Shown: piece by piece, positions 24,143 to 37,749 of the stretch
Layout of the letters: every line of letters begins with the position of its first letter
How positions within the stretch are numbered: position 1 is the stretch's first letter
From: Cenococcum geophilum
Lineage: Eukaryota
Direction: 5' to 3'
DNA length: 64,000 nucleotides
Assembly: GCA_050273025.1 (NCBI GenBank)
Contig: CP158635.1
Coordinates: 27,404,001 to 27,468,000 of the forward strand
The notes under the pieces: generated by a model
The model's input: the letters and a program-made list of their open reading frames with translations, nothing else
Databases searched by the model: none
Told to the model about the DNA's origin: nothing
Program-made: the position numbers and the translations under genes

Positions 24143-27100
24143 TACCCCTTTTTATAAAGCAAATCTATACCTACTAGTAGTCCTTAGTTATTATTTAAGG
24201 CTAGCTTATTAGTTTAGGTACTTTATCTACGGTAGGGGGCGGCGGCGGTAGTCGTGGGAAAGGTGCGGCTGCTACGACTTAGGGGCGTCGGGCGCGATAA
24301 CGAGATAACGAATTGGAATCGGGCAAATCGGGCAATGTAGTCTTCTTCGCTAGGTATGATTTGGTAATTCTGGCTATTAGGAATAGCTTAGGGAGCTATA
24401 TAAATTAAGATAATTTGGCTTAAAGTAGGTATATATAGGCCCAAATACCCCGCGTGGGACTAACAAAAATCCGAACCGTGTACTAGACCTATTAGATAAT
24501 CTGTATTCTATATGGCGTAGGACGTGCACAAGTCACGTGCACGGGGCACGTGCATTGTAAATATCTTCATCTAAGCCCAGGGGCCCTAGGTTAAGACACG
24601 ATCAAGATTATTAATTAATTAACCCATTTTATTAATAAATAGCTCTATCTAAACTATCTAACAGTTATAAGCCCGGTCCGCCGACATAAGAAGCTATTCA
24701 GCTATTACTTAATTATTTAAAGAAATTCTACCTTATTGTTAAACTCTAATACCTTATCGTTATAGGACGTAGACTCTAACAGGAATCCTACCTCAATTGT
24801 TACAGGACGAGATTCCACAAGATTTCACGAGAATTCCACGAGATTCTATAAGATTCCACCTTAATCGTTAAAGGACGATCCTCAACAAAATCTTATCTTA
24901 ATTCCTCCTTTGCCTATTAGTCAAATAACTCTACTAAGGTTAAGTTTGTTTACTATAATTATCCTTAATAAGCTAAAAGACTAGGAGTAATAGATCTAGC
25001 AACTATAAGCCCTTATAGATAAACGAATTTAGGCCTATGTTAACCTAGATAAGGAAGCACCTTAACAAGGTCTACTATAAGAACCACCCTATCTAGAAGT
25101 TATAGATTTTAATAAGAATGCAACCTTATATATATAGCTCTCGACGAATTAATAAAGGGCGTATAAGGATAGTAGATAATACTATAACTAGGATATAAAG
25201 TATTTTCTAAAACAAGAAGAGCACCTTTAATAGATCCGCACCTAAATTACGTCTATAGTATTGATTTAGAAGAAGCTACTGCTTAACCCTTCCTTAACAG
25301 TTAAAGAATGGCTATTTTAATTAAAGGAGAACACAGAACCTACCTTATTATTTATTAAGAAGAAGGTGTAATACTAGTACACAGAAGCCCTTAAGGGGTT
25401 TAAATATATATTAAAGTTAAACTAATAGCTAGGTTAATAGGAACACGTAATAATTCTAGGAGAGAAGTATAAGATCCTTTAAATATCTAATAGAATCTAG
25501 CTTTAAGATTTAGTAGAAGTTATTTAACTATTTAGCAACGCCTATTATATAAAGTACACTACTAAGTTAAATAACCCTTAGAAGTTAAGATCTTCTAAAT
25601 ACTATAGAGTAGTAAAGGAACTATAAGAAGGACTTAGAACACCCTTAAAAAAAGCTAATACTATTATAAAAGGGAGTACCTTTAATATAGGCTTCGCAGA
25701 GTAAGCTATTAAGAATTACTCTAATACTACTAAAGGTTTATAAAGAGGAAGAACCTTAGTATATAAGAGCCGGGATACTAGTAGATAAGGAGACGTCCTA
25801 TAAGAAGCCTATACCTAAGTGCTTAGCGTATAGAATATAAGCACATTCTATTTAGGATTATTAGTATTTATTTAAAAATAAAAGACCTATAAGAGTTATA
25901 ATTAGAGATGCTCGCATTAAAAGGGCGCTAAAAAAGGTAGAAAAGGATAAAAATCTTACTAACTAAGTTATAAAGATTAGACTTAAAGAATAAAAAGATA
26001 AAGCTTAACAATAATAGGATAAGAGTTAAGAAGTTAAGATTAAGGGAGAAGCTAATATAATATTCCTAGAATCGTTTTACACCGGTTAACTCTATCTACT
26101 AAAGCTATTAACTATTCTTAACTTAGGAACCACTCTCTATATCTTTAATAACCTTACTCGTTTTTATAACTTTAGGAAAGCTCTAAAATATAAATATATT
26201 ACCGCTAGCAGCTTAGAAGTGCCCATACTAGGCTATAGTAATATTACTATCTAAGTTATAAAACTAGACAAGAGTAAGGGAACCCTATACCTTAAGGACG
26301 TTGCCTTTTATACGGACTTTAACATAAATTTAGTGTTGTTCCGTCTACTTTAAAAATAAGAATACTACTAAAATAATAAAGAAGATAATAATCTTCTAGT
26401 TCGGAAGGATAATACAATCCTATATTAAATAGAAAAATATTATAAATAATAGATTATTAAATACGTCTAACTAGGAAGTCTATTAGCGTTTAATATAAGC
26501 TAACTAATACGCCGCTAACGGAAGCGTAGAGTATTGTTAAGAGACATTCGTCTAGATACGAAAGGTAATATATAACTATAGTATTTACGTCTAGGTTATT
26601 TAGGACCTATAAGCCTTTATTATTTAGGTATTAACGCCCTAGGAGTTAAGCTTTAAGGCCCTAAGACAACGGAATGTTAATACTACAGCCTTACTAAATT
26701 AAACATTAGGTCTTACGAAGGTTCTTAAAATAGAAGATTAATAAACCCTATTTTAACCTCTATATTAACTAGACTAACCTTAAAGAAGCATATACTAGAT
26801 TTATATAAGTTATACTTATCTATAATACCTACTTAGGAAGATCCTTTCTGTACTTTATAATAATGTATAGTAAGGAGAAGGAGACACTATAAGTGCTTAA
26901 AATTTTTATTAAGTGGATTTGTCTAAGGTATAACCTTAAAGTTAATACTATTAGATTAGACAACGAGCTAGGGAGAAAGATAACCCTTAAATAGCTACGA
27001 TTCTAAGGGATTATATTTAAGCCTTTAGCGCTATATACCTAAGCTTAAAATAGTACTACCGAATACTTAGGAGGTATAATTATTAAAAGAGCATGGGTAA

Positions 27101-28707
27101 TAAGAATTGCTACTAATCTACTATATAACTTATAGGACGAGATTATTAACTATATAGTCTATCTTCGAGATTAAACGCTATAAGAAAGTAATAGATGGAA
27201 ATCGCTATATAAGAGGTTCTATACCTTCCTAGCTAATAGGAGATTAAGAAAACCGTAACTAGCGCACCTAAAAGCCTATAGCTATAGGGCGTATATAATA
27301 ACATTAGATGCCTAGCTAAAGAAAAAAAGGCTAAGTAAGCTAGATTCACGAGCCTATATTAGCTACCTTATTAGCTATAACTCTACTAATATCTATAGGA
27401 TCTGGATTCTATATAAGGGTATTATTATCTCTACTAGGGACGTTATCTTTAATAAAAGACGTTTTTTAACGGTAAGTAAATGGACATCTTAAAGGATCTA
27501 TATGCTAAATTAAATACGCTAATTAAGAAGATTTAACTCCTTAATACCCTAATTAAGAATAAGGTCCTTCTAGAAGACAATAAAGAAGTATTTAAACCGT
27601 TAATTTAAGAGAAAGATAACGACGTTAATAATAAGCCACTTTAAACTTTTAATAAGTTAGCAGATCTTAAGCTTATAAGAGCTCTTAAAGACGTATATTA
27701 TATACTACCTCTAATAAAAGAAGATAAAGAATCTCTATATGCCCTTTACGTTAAGTATTCTATAAAGTTAGATATATAAGATACTAATTAGGATATTATC
27801 TAATAAATAAAAGACGGGTTTAACACTTAGGGGGTATTTAACGACCCAGTTAAAGACTTATTTAAGGAAGCTGGTAATAATAGGTTTAAAGACTTTGTTA
27901 CTAAAAGGATTACTCTAGCCTATTATAGCGCCTTTTTAGTAGGATGAAAGTTTAACCTTAATAGTTAACTTAACGATAGTAAGCTAAAATTAGGTAGAAT
28001 ACGTGATATTAAATTACATAGGAAGAACTTACCTCCTTTACCTTAGTTAATTTAGGACCTTAATATATACCCTCTTTAAGATTATTTCTAAGAGGCTTAA
28101 TAAGCCCACCTCTAATCTTATTATTAAATAAGGTTATTTTAAAAAACAGATAGGAAGCACATAAAGGGATAGCAGGTCCTTAGCTTAATATAGGTGTTTA
28201 TCTATAAGATGGATAAGTATAAATTCCTCTAGAAATATAAGGCACGCTTAGTAGTATATAAAAATTAATAGGCCCTAGGAGACCTACCTATAAGAGCTAC
28301 TATACTAGCAAGTACAACCTTTTAGACCCTAATAGCGATTACCGCAAAATTTAACCTAGAGATAACACAAATAGATATAGTTAACGCGTTTATCTATTAC
28401 GATCTTAACGAGGTTGTTTATATAAAGCTACCGCTAGGGTTTAGTAAAAGAAAGACAGATAAAGTACTACGCTTAAGAAAAGCCCTTTATGGACTATAAT
28501 AATCCCCTCTATTATAGCAAAAGAATCTTATAAGCTTGTTAAATAAATTAGGTTTTAAAGAGGTTCTTTAAGAGCCATATATTATGCTAAAAGGTAAAAT
28601 AGTTATCTTCTTCTACATTAATAATATTGTCTTTTGCTACCAAAAGATAGATAAGAAAAAAGCTTAAGAAGCGATTAAGGAGCTAAGCAAGGAATACTAG
28701 ATAAGTA

Positions 28708-29203
28708 CGTCAGGAAAAAATTTACCAGCATTTAGCCTGCACTTCGCTGCACTTCGCCGCACTTCGCCGCATTAAAAACAGACCATAGGCCTTAAGCAGC
28801 ATCTAGGCAGCTATATTTATATATTATAAATAAATAAAAATAATTTTTAGATAGTCCATTGGATATAGTATATTTTGTAATTTTTTTTTATATAAATTAC
28901 TTATAAATTATATAAGTTATTCTACTTTTTAAAAAAAGAGAAAAAAGAGAAAGAAAAAATTTTACCTTTTTTTTTTTAAAGTAGAATAACTTGTGTAATT
29001 TATCAGTAATTTATATAAAAAAAATTGCAAAATATACTATATTTAATGGACTATCTAAAAATTATTTTATTTTATTTTATTTTATAATATATAAATATAG
29101 CTGCCTAGATACTGCTTAAGGCCTATAGTCTGTTTTTAATGCGGCGAAGTACGGCGAAGTGCAGCGAAGTGCAGGCTAAATGCTGGTAAATTTTTTCCTA
29201 ACG
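28708..29203. mobile_element. 496-bp foldback MITE with CGTCAGGAAAA termini, TSD TA
   Basis: Inverted arms of about 230 bp around an A/T loop; 10-bp gcacttcgcc subterminal repeats. Removal restores host MSTLGELKWFLG. Confidence 0.93.
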
Positions 29204-29273
29204 TACCCTTAGCGAGCTAAAATAGTTCCTAGGAATTTATATACTATATAACCGTAGCTAGAGGCTCCTATAG

Positions 29274-32200
29274 TGTATAATTATAGCACCTAGTATACGA
29301 ACGCGTAAATACGCGTTTATGCACTAACTACCTACGTGCTAACTAATTAGGGGGGAGGCGCGTCAGTATATAGACTATGTAGTCTACCTTAATAGAATCG
29401 ACAGTTACTATCTAAACAAGTATACGATACTACATGTATTTCGTGCCCGTAGATACGACTCACTCGTGCTATTAAGTTAGTACGAACACTGATTAGTGAG
29501 CGCGCATAGATTAGCAATTACTTGACACCTTCCCCCAAGCGATACACGACAGTGACCACCTATTTAGACTCTTAGTACGACCTGCTGGAAGGTTAGAAGT
29601 TAGGGATTATGGACTTATCTCTAACTCTATATACTTATTTAAGTTTTAGTACGGTTTACTAGAAGTATAATAGACGCAAATATAGACCTGTATAGAACCC
29701 CTACCCTTAAACCTCAAACCCTTATCCCTACTACACCCTCTTTTAATACCTCCGACGTCTTTTTTAGACCCCTTACGGAGACCCCCTACCCCTCTACGAA
29801 CTACTACGGACCTATTAAGACCCCTTACGGACACCTTTACCCTTCTACAAACTGCTACGGATATTAACTGCCTTTACGGACCACTATAAGACCTTTTCCA
29901 CCTACTGCGTACTACACTACACTATATAGTATGGCAGACCTAAGGAAGCAAGTTGATGAAGGCTAGGAAAAGTGGAGGCAGGGAGCTGACCTCACGTCCA
30001 TACCTAACGTTAACAACTATATTAAATTTAAAGTTCTTAAATATGAATATTTTAAGCTTATGAACGTCGACCTATAGGAGTAATACTAGAAAGACTTCGC
30101 GGACTTTACGGAAGCTATCTTTAAAGCATGTAACCCTACTACTATCCGTAACCTATGGACCCTCTTATATAACCAAGGTGTATGGGTTAAAAGGAATAAA
30201 TAAGTTACTGTTATATAGTCCTTATATAATATAATATATAAGAAGGACCAAACGGAATAGACTAAAGAGGAAATCCTAGACCAGTTCTAAGAAACTAAGG
30301 AACTCTTTACTTCTTCTAAACTTAATGTAATCGCTAGCCTTATACCTAACCTACTTAACTAAATTCGTCCTATAAACCTAAGCAGTTTTAGAATTAATCT
30401 TACAGGCCAAAGTATACCTAGTACTTAAGTTATGGACCGTAATACCTCCGCAAACCAAAATACGGACTAAATTACCCCCGTTATTTAAGTTATAGATCCA
30501 TAAGCTATATATCCGCAAACTATAAATCTATAAGTTATAGATCCGCAACCTACTTAACTAAAGACCTACGGTAAGGAGCTAGCTAACCTAGCTAAGCTCT
30601 ATACCAACGAATCTAAGTACAGCGGTGAAAATGATAATTTTAACTTTAAACTAACCATCTTTATAGACCTCTGCTAGAAGGCTAACATTCCTAAATAAGA
30701 GTTTAGCTAAGCCTACTCTACCATACTGCGCGGCCTAGCACTTAACTACTACTACACCAACCTTAAAAGTAACCCCCTTGGTGTCCCCTTTAATAAGCTA
30801 TATAAAGCTACTTGTAACTACTTTAAAGGACTAGAATATAGGTGTAATATTCTTACCTAATGGAATGCGACTAAGCTACGGACCGTAATTGACAAGAATA
30901 CCGAAAAATTGACTATAGAGTGTCTGCAAATTCTTATTAAAGACCTCTGGCACCTATAGTATGGCCTTAACGCCAAGCTTCAAACGGACGACTTCCTGTA
31001 TAATAAACTTATTACGGCCTACTAGGAAGTAGAGCTCTGTAAGTACGCCTACTATAAGCCTATAGATACCTTAGCTAGCCTTATTAATGATCTACGCTCC
31101 TCTATTATAACGTATAAAGTCTTAAACCCACTAGGCAGCACTTAAGCCTTTGTTATAGATATTTAATATCCGCAACTAGACTTAGACGTCTACTTTACGG
31201 ACTGCTGCTACCGCCAGTAGCACCCGTACTGACTAAGTCCTACCTATAACCCCCGTAGCAACCCCTATATAAAAATATACCCCCGCAGACAAACCAGCTA
31301 GAAGTGCTTTGTATATAGTAAGAAAGGATATTAGTTTATAAGGCATACCTAGGAAGAACGTAATAAGTTTAGGAAGAGACTTAATAGCCGTATTAACTAG
31401 TTTATTTTGGAATATAAAGGAGAGGAATTAGAAGAGCCCCCTAATAAGTTAATAGAAGCCCTTATAATTAACTTTAACTTAGATACTTAGGAATAAGAGA
31501 CCTTAGAGATATTCCTAACTACTTTTGGACCTTTTACGGATAGCTAAGCCTTTAATATTATAACCGTATTAGCCGACCGTTTCTTTATATACTTAGTTAC
31601 GCCCGAAAACTATTCCGTAAGTACCCCTGTTACAGATGTTATAGATTATAAGTAGGACCTATTTGCATATATTACTACGGAACGCTATACCCCTAAAGAA
31701 TTCTACGGTGTTATAATCGATATAGATGCCTTTAAGAAGTCTACTATAGGTTATGGATAATACCTTATATATAGGACTACTGTAAATAATAATACGGATA
31801 TTAATACTACGTAAAATGGGGCCGTAAACGTCTAATTCGGCATTGGTTTAACTGCATTAATTAGATTAGTTACAGTTAAGACCCTAATTGGCCTAGTTAA
31901 CTTCCATATAGTAAAAGCAGACACCCCTTTCTTATTTTGCCTTACGGATATAAACAGGTTATAGGTTTACTATAACAATATTATGGACACCTTAATCGGC
32001 CCCGCAACTGCCCTAAAAAGCAAGTATATTACCCTACTAATTACACGATGATTTGGACACCCATTCCTTATATAGGGAGAGACTTTATAGACCTATATTT
32101 AGGAATCTTTCGACTATAACCTATGCTACCTTACTAGTACAGAGATTTACTATCTATACCGCCGTTTCGGCTACCTATTAGCCGAAAAGCTATATAGAGT

Positions 32201-35200
32201 TCTTGAACGCTCTAGACACGACGATGTTAATAGGAAGGCAGTTAATTACCTAACTAAATACTACTCCTTTTGCTAGAAATACGGACGTTCCCTAGGCTAA
32301 TTTAAGTTTACCCTTTATAAGGACCTTAACTTCAACCACTTAGTATATGTAGACATTATGTATATTAACGGCAGCCTAGTATTATATATAATTAATAAGG
32401 CAACCCGCTACTAAGCCGCCCATTAGTTGCAAAATATATCCATAAAGCATACTTAGGATATTTTACGGACCTACTGGATTGATACATACGTTAGACCTCC
32501 TAAGTATATTACCTACAACGCCAGTAGAAACTTTATTAGCAAGGAATTCTAGCAGTATACTATGGCTATAGCTATATTAATAAAAGCTGTTCTAGTTAAG
32601 GCGTATTAGTCCGTTAGGCTTATTAAGCGAGCTTACCTAGCTCTATAGAGAGCTTATCAGATTATTATGGACGAGTATAAGGATATCTAAAAGGAACTGG
32701 CTTTATAGATGGCCGTAAAAGCCATTAACAACACCGCTGGCCCTAATGGACTAGTACCTACCCTCTTAGTTTATGGAGCCTACTTAAGGATAAGCAACCT
32801 AGGCCCCCCTACCCTATCTATTACGGAATGAGCAGCTGCAATATAGAAGGCAATGGCCGAAATAGTCAAATTATGGGCCAAATAAGCTGTCAATAGCGCC
32901 CTATATTACCGTAACGGACCTAACACAACCTTAGTTTATAACCTCCCGCTTAATTCTAAAGTCCTCGTATGGCGTAAGAGCGGTAACTAGACTGGACCTT
33001 ATTATTTACTAGCTATAGAAAACGAAATGTGCTGCGTATAACTTCCTAGCAGACTAACTAACTTTAGAAGCACGTCCGTAAAACCCTACTTTTGGCCCGA
33101 AAATACCTATGATATTAAGCTAAATAAACTAAAAGTAACTACTAAACCAGACGAACTAGAAACGACTACTAAATTAAACAAACTGGAGGCACCCTTACCT
33201 ACCCTAGAGGTCCCCTAGAAACCTACTAAACCTACTAAACCTGCCGTAAAGCGTGGCTAAGGACGCCCCTATAAGAATCCTGTAACGGAGAACTACCTAA
33301 CCTCTATAGGCATATCCGCAAAGCAATCTCCGCCTATAGATATATTAGTTCTAGTATAGGAAACCCCTTTTACGGACTTATGGCGTAAAGAGATTAACGG
33401 ACTACTTAAAAAGGGTATCTTTACAATTGTAATAGAGAGAGACATTCCGTAAGGCGTCCATATATTTAACTTACACTTCGTTAACAAGATTAAGCACCCT
33501 AGTACTAATAAAGCCTTTAAGAAATTAAGGCTCGTTATATAAGCTTATAACGACTAGGGAAAGGACCTAGTCCTTACATAATCGCCTATAATTTAACGGG
33601 TCAGTTAACGGATTATACTCGCACTTATGCCTAGACTACAGCAAACTAAATCCATAGCCCTTTACTTACGGGATATCTTATAAGCCTATATGCAGTTTAA
33701 TACCTACCTAAGTAGGGATATCTTTATACGACTACCCTATAAGCTTAACCTATAAGTAGGAACAATTTTATGGGTTATAAAACCTCTTTATAGAGTACCA
33801 GAAGCCGGAAACCATTGGTTTAAGATATACTACTAGCACCACGTTAGTAAACTTAAAATGGAATAGTTGACCTACAACCCCTGCCTCCTATATAGCCCAT
33901 TAAACGGCCTTAGTATTGTTGGACTCTAAACAGATAATACCCTCTTCTTAGTAAACTGGATATTTGCGGACGCTAAAGAGACTAAACTGTAAGAAGCTAA
34001 GTTCCTGGTAAAGCCGCGAGAGTAGTTAACTAAGTAAACTCTAATTAAGTTTAACGGAGGCTTAATTATATAAAAGGGTAACTTAATCTAGCTAACCTAG
34101 GAACGCCAAGCTTAAAACCTAAAGCTTGTTATAGTAAAGCCTATGGACCTCACTAGCTCCCGCAGAGAGACCCGTAAGACTATAAATATAAAGGACTAAT
34201 ACGCTGTATAGCGTGTAAGAGGCGCCTATATTGCTATAGTCTGCTAACTTAAATCTGCCTACGACTTATCCTTTACGGCCTAGGCAGTAAATCCGCAAGA
34301 AGAAAATATTAAGTAGCTTAATAAGCGCATTTAGTGGCAAATTGACAATATAGTAAGGGGACTTACTTTTATACCACTAGACCTAAGTTCCCTTAGCTTA
34401 CTGGTATTTACGGACGCCTTTTTTACTAATAATAAAGACCTGTTATTATAAATTAGCTTTGTAATTATACTTATAGACCGTAATTAGGACGCAAATATAC
34501 TGCACTGGTCTTTAATTAAGTGTAAATAAGTAACCCGTAGTGTACTAGCTTCTAAACTATATGCACTAGCTTATGGATTTAATATAGCAGCCGCAATTAA
34601 ATTAACGGTCTAGAAGATTCTATAACTAGAGCAGTTACCCCTGGTTTTATACACTGATTTAAAGTCCCTTTACGACTGCCTAGTTAAACTAGGTACGACA
34701 TAAGAGAAGAGGCTTATGGTCGACCTAATGTGCTTACATTAGGCCTATGAACGACGTGAGATTACGGAGGTCAAATGGATTAGTAGCGGAGATAACCTAG
34801 TAGACGCTATGACTAAGGCAAAGCCGTATTAAGCTCTTAAAACCCTAATTAATATAAATAAGCTTAACCTAAAGGTTATAGAATGGGTAGAGCGAGACTA
34901 ACAGAGTATTTACGGTTTAGCTACGGCCCGTCGGAAGGCCGTACGGTACATTTACGGCCCGTTAAAAGGCTGTATAGTTTATTTTACGGACCGTAAGCAG
35001 GACTTACGGCTAGCTTAGGGTACCGTTTGGAAGGCAGCCCAGAAGGCACCTCGGGAGGAGTTTTCTATGTATTTTCTTATATGTTTTATGGTTCTATTGA
35101 GGCAATTACGGAGGCTATATATAAGTGGTTTTATTTTCCAAGTGCCGCTAGTGTATAATTATAGCACCTGGTATACGAACGCGTAAATACGCGTTCGTGC

Positions 35201-35366
35201 ACCAACTACCTACGTGCTAACTAATTAGGGGGGAGGCGCGTCAGTATATAGACCACGTAGTCTACCTCAATAGAATCGACAGTTACCATCCAAACAAGCA
35301 TACGATACTACATGTATTTCGTGCCCGTGGATACGACTCACTCGTGCTATTAAGTTAGTACGAACA
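29274..35366 (+). mobile_element. Full-length GalEa-type Copia D (RIP-inactivated)
   Basis: 215-bp LTRs at 29274-29488 and 35152-35366; TSD tatag; ca|ctgattagtg hairpin site; gag ATG ~29930; RT GLQTDD at ~33921. Confidence 0.94.
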
Positions 35367-35636
35367 TATAGCTATCTTAGGAAGCCTATATTAAGAAGAT
35401 AGCTAACTAGTATAAGATAGATCTTAAAGGGCGTCTTCTAAATACTCCTATAGTAGAATTAGAACTCCTCCCTACTAATTACTAATTAATCCGTTTAATA
35501 CGTCCGTCCCCTAATATAGACCTATTAGTCCGTCCTATATCCCTACTAGCTTCTATAATACTATATTAGAGAAAATTGGGTTTAGTACTCTATATAGCCA
35601 CTATAACACGTCCGGATATTGCTTTTGCAGTATTAT

Positions 35637-35772
35637 CCCTTAACACGCTTGCGTCCTAAGATTAAGCGGTCCGTGCAGAACACCGAATCAAAACAACGCA
35701 TAGCTTTATATAATTAATCTGATTGGGTAGTTCTTATCGATAACGGTAGGACGCAAACCAGCGTGTTAAGGG
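35637..35772. mobile_element. 136-bp MITE with CCCTTAACACGCT TIRs, 2-bp TSD (AT)
   Basis: cccttaacacgct...agcgtgttaaggg. Removing it and one at restores host AVS.LARFNQNP. Confidence 0.85.
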
Positions 35773-35960
35773 ATAGCTAGTAAGGTTTAATTAGAACTTA
35801 AGCTAAGAGCACTATTAAGCGGTAAACAGAGTAATCTAGTACCTATATAGTATAAGGAGCAGAGTAATCTACTATGGAGGAGATAAGGAAGGAATAAACG
35901 GTAGAGGGAGAGATAAAGGAATACGCGATAAAGGACGAGATAACGGAAACGGTAGAAGTA

Positions 35961-37214
35961 CAGTCTTGCGGTCGATACTCGATACCCCCGATACGTATCG
36001 CCGATACTCGTACGAAGGCTTGGCATTTACACAAATATCTAAAATTTTACTTATATCTTATTATAATAAGTCTTAGAATGCCCTAAATAAAATTTCTATT
36101 GCCTTTTTCTTTATTATTGTACAAAATATAGCTTTAGAAGTGGAATTAGAAACTCTTAAGTCTATTGATGCCTCATGGAGGCTCTGCGCGAAGCTCTGCA
36201 CGAAGCTCTACACGAAGCTCTGCGTACGGAGGCTCTGCCGAAGCTCTGCACGAAGCTCTGCGTACGGAGGCTCTGCGCGAAGCTCTGCGGAGGCACTGCA
36301 CGAAGCTCTGCACGAAGCTCTACACGAAGCTCTGCACGAAGCTCTGCACGAAGCTCTGCACGAAACTCTACGGGAGGCTCTGCACGACGGCTTTTATCGG
36401 ACGGGCAAGTCACTAAGAAGAACTCTGTCGATTGAAGCAGGCTCTAGAAGCTCTCTATATACATAGGGTAGAGACCAAAAAACTGACGACAACGCTAACG
36501 ACGCTTGCTACTGTGGACGTCGCCACTTAGTCGGTAATAGGTAATAAAAATAGGTAATAAGACATACGATGGCAAGAAACAGGGTATAAGTCATAAGGTG
36601 GTTTGCGTACAACGGTTCTACGTACAACGGTTCTACGTACAACGGTTCTGCGTACGACGGCTCTACTACGGAGACTATATAAAAGCTTTATGCAGAGCTT
36701 CATGTAGAGCTTCGTGCGGAGCCTCCGTACGCAGAGCTTCGTGCAGAGCTTCGTGTAGAGCTTCCGTACGCAAAGCTTCGTGCAGAGCTTCATGCAGAGC
36801 TTCGTGCAGAGCCTCCGTACGCAGAGCTTCGTGCAGTGCCTTCGTACGCAGAGCTTCGTGCAGTGCCTTCGTACGCAGAGCTTCGTGCAGTGCCTTCGTA
36901 CGCAGAGCTTCGTGCAGTGCCTCCGTACGCAGAGCTTCGCGCAAAGCCTCCGCGCAGAGCTTCGTGCAGAGCTTCGTGCAGAGCCTAGCCGAGGAGATTC
37001 TAAGTATTCCGCTTTAGATTCTATATTATATAAAGTAGAAATCTACTTTTCTATCTCTTTAGCTTACTAGGGAACCTTTAAGAGCCTAAAATTAGCTCCT
37101 GTGATGGTGTAAAATACTGCATTGTATCGGATACGTATCGGGGTATCGGCGATAGTATCGGCCGATACTCGGGTATCCTAATACCGGGTATCGGAGGTAT
37201 CGACCGCAAGACTG
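35961..37214. mobile_element. Non-autonomous hAT-type DNA transposon (1254 bp)
   Basis: 18-bp TIR cagtcttgcggtcgatac; 8-bp TSD tagaagta (35953-35960, 37215-37222); subterminal gatac/gtatc repeats. Confidence 0.92.
36177..36985. repeat. Two inverted arrays of the 12-bp acgaagctctgc unit (36177-36388 forward, 36683-36985 reverse) plus a 15-bp cgtacaacggttcta repeat (36606-36665)
   Basis: Directly visible on both strands. Confidence 0.92.
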
Positions 37215-37749
37215 TAGAAGTAAAGCGTAATTATTTATCTATGCCAGCAACATATTATTCGCGGACAATTCCGTTAACAGAAAGAGCTTATAAGGATATA
37301 TTATAAAGCTATTTAGGGGACCAATCGCCTAGAGAGCAAATAAGCAGGGTATGGTTATGACGTCGAGTATAAAAGCTAAGTTGTGTTACGGCTCGTACAA
37401 ATGCCTCTAAACCGAAGCTTGTAGAATGCTATATTACGAAGATACTAAGCTAAGGAGAAGGGAAAAAGGGGTCGCCAGAACCGATGTAAACAAATATATA
37501 GGGTAAGCCGCCAAGGCGCTAGCTCCAGGCGAGCCAATCACAGGTCGGTAGAATATGGCAGAATTTGGTAGGTAACGTACAATAGCGCCGTTACATCACC
37601 CCCCTCTTTAAAAGAAAGCCTGCCCTTAGGCTTAGTTAGAAATAGGGTAGCACTAGGCTTACAAACGTAGGATTATAAAATATAAGATAAGGAGATAAAG
37701 GGGACATAAGTGCGCCCGGACTAAGTATAAAAGGCAATTATAGGTTAAG

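Larger units (their letters stand above)
24490..37383 (+). mobile_element. Ty1/Copia element G (non-GalEa), 5' LTR 24490-24663, RIPped gag-pol; five insertions in RT/RNase H; 3' end not in the window
   Basis: t(a)ttagata...tatctaaca LTR followed by gttataagccc PBS; de-RIPped IRSDNELG (~26950), QNGAAERSGG (~27045), KARLVV (~28237), FYVDD (~28610), TRPDIAFAV (~35605), TSSTEAE (~37360). Confidence 0.9.

Noticed and set aside
36140..37070. Cluster of eight overlapping ORFs in the hAT element
   Set aside because: They are translations of the same 12- and 15-bp arrays; no transposase motifs are present.
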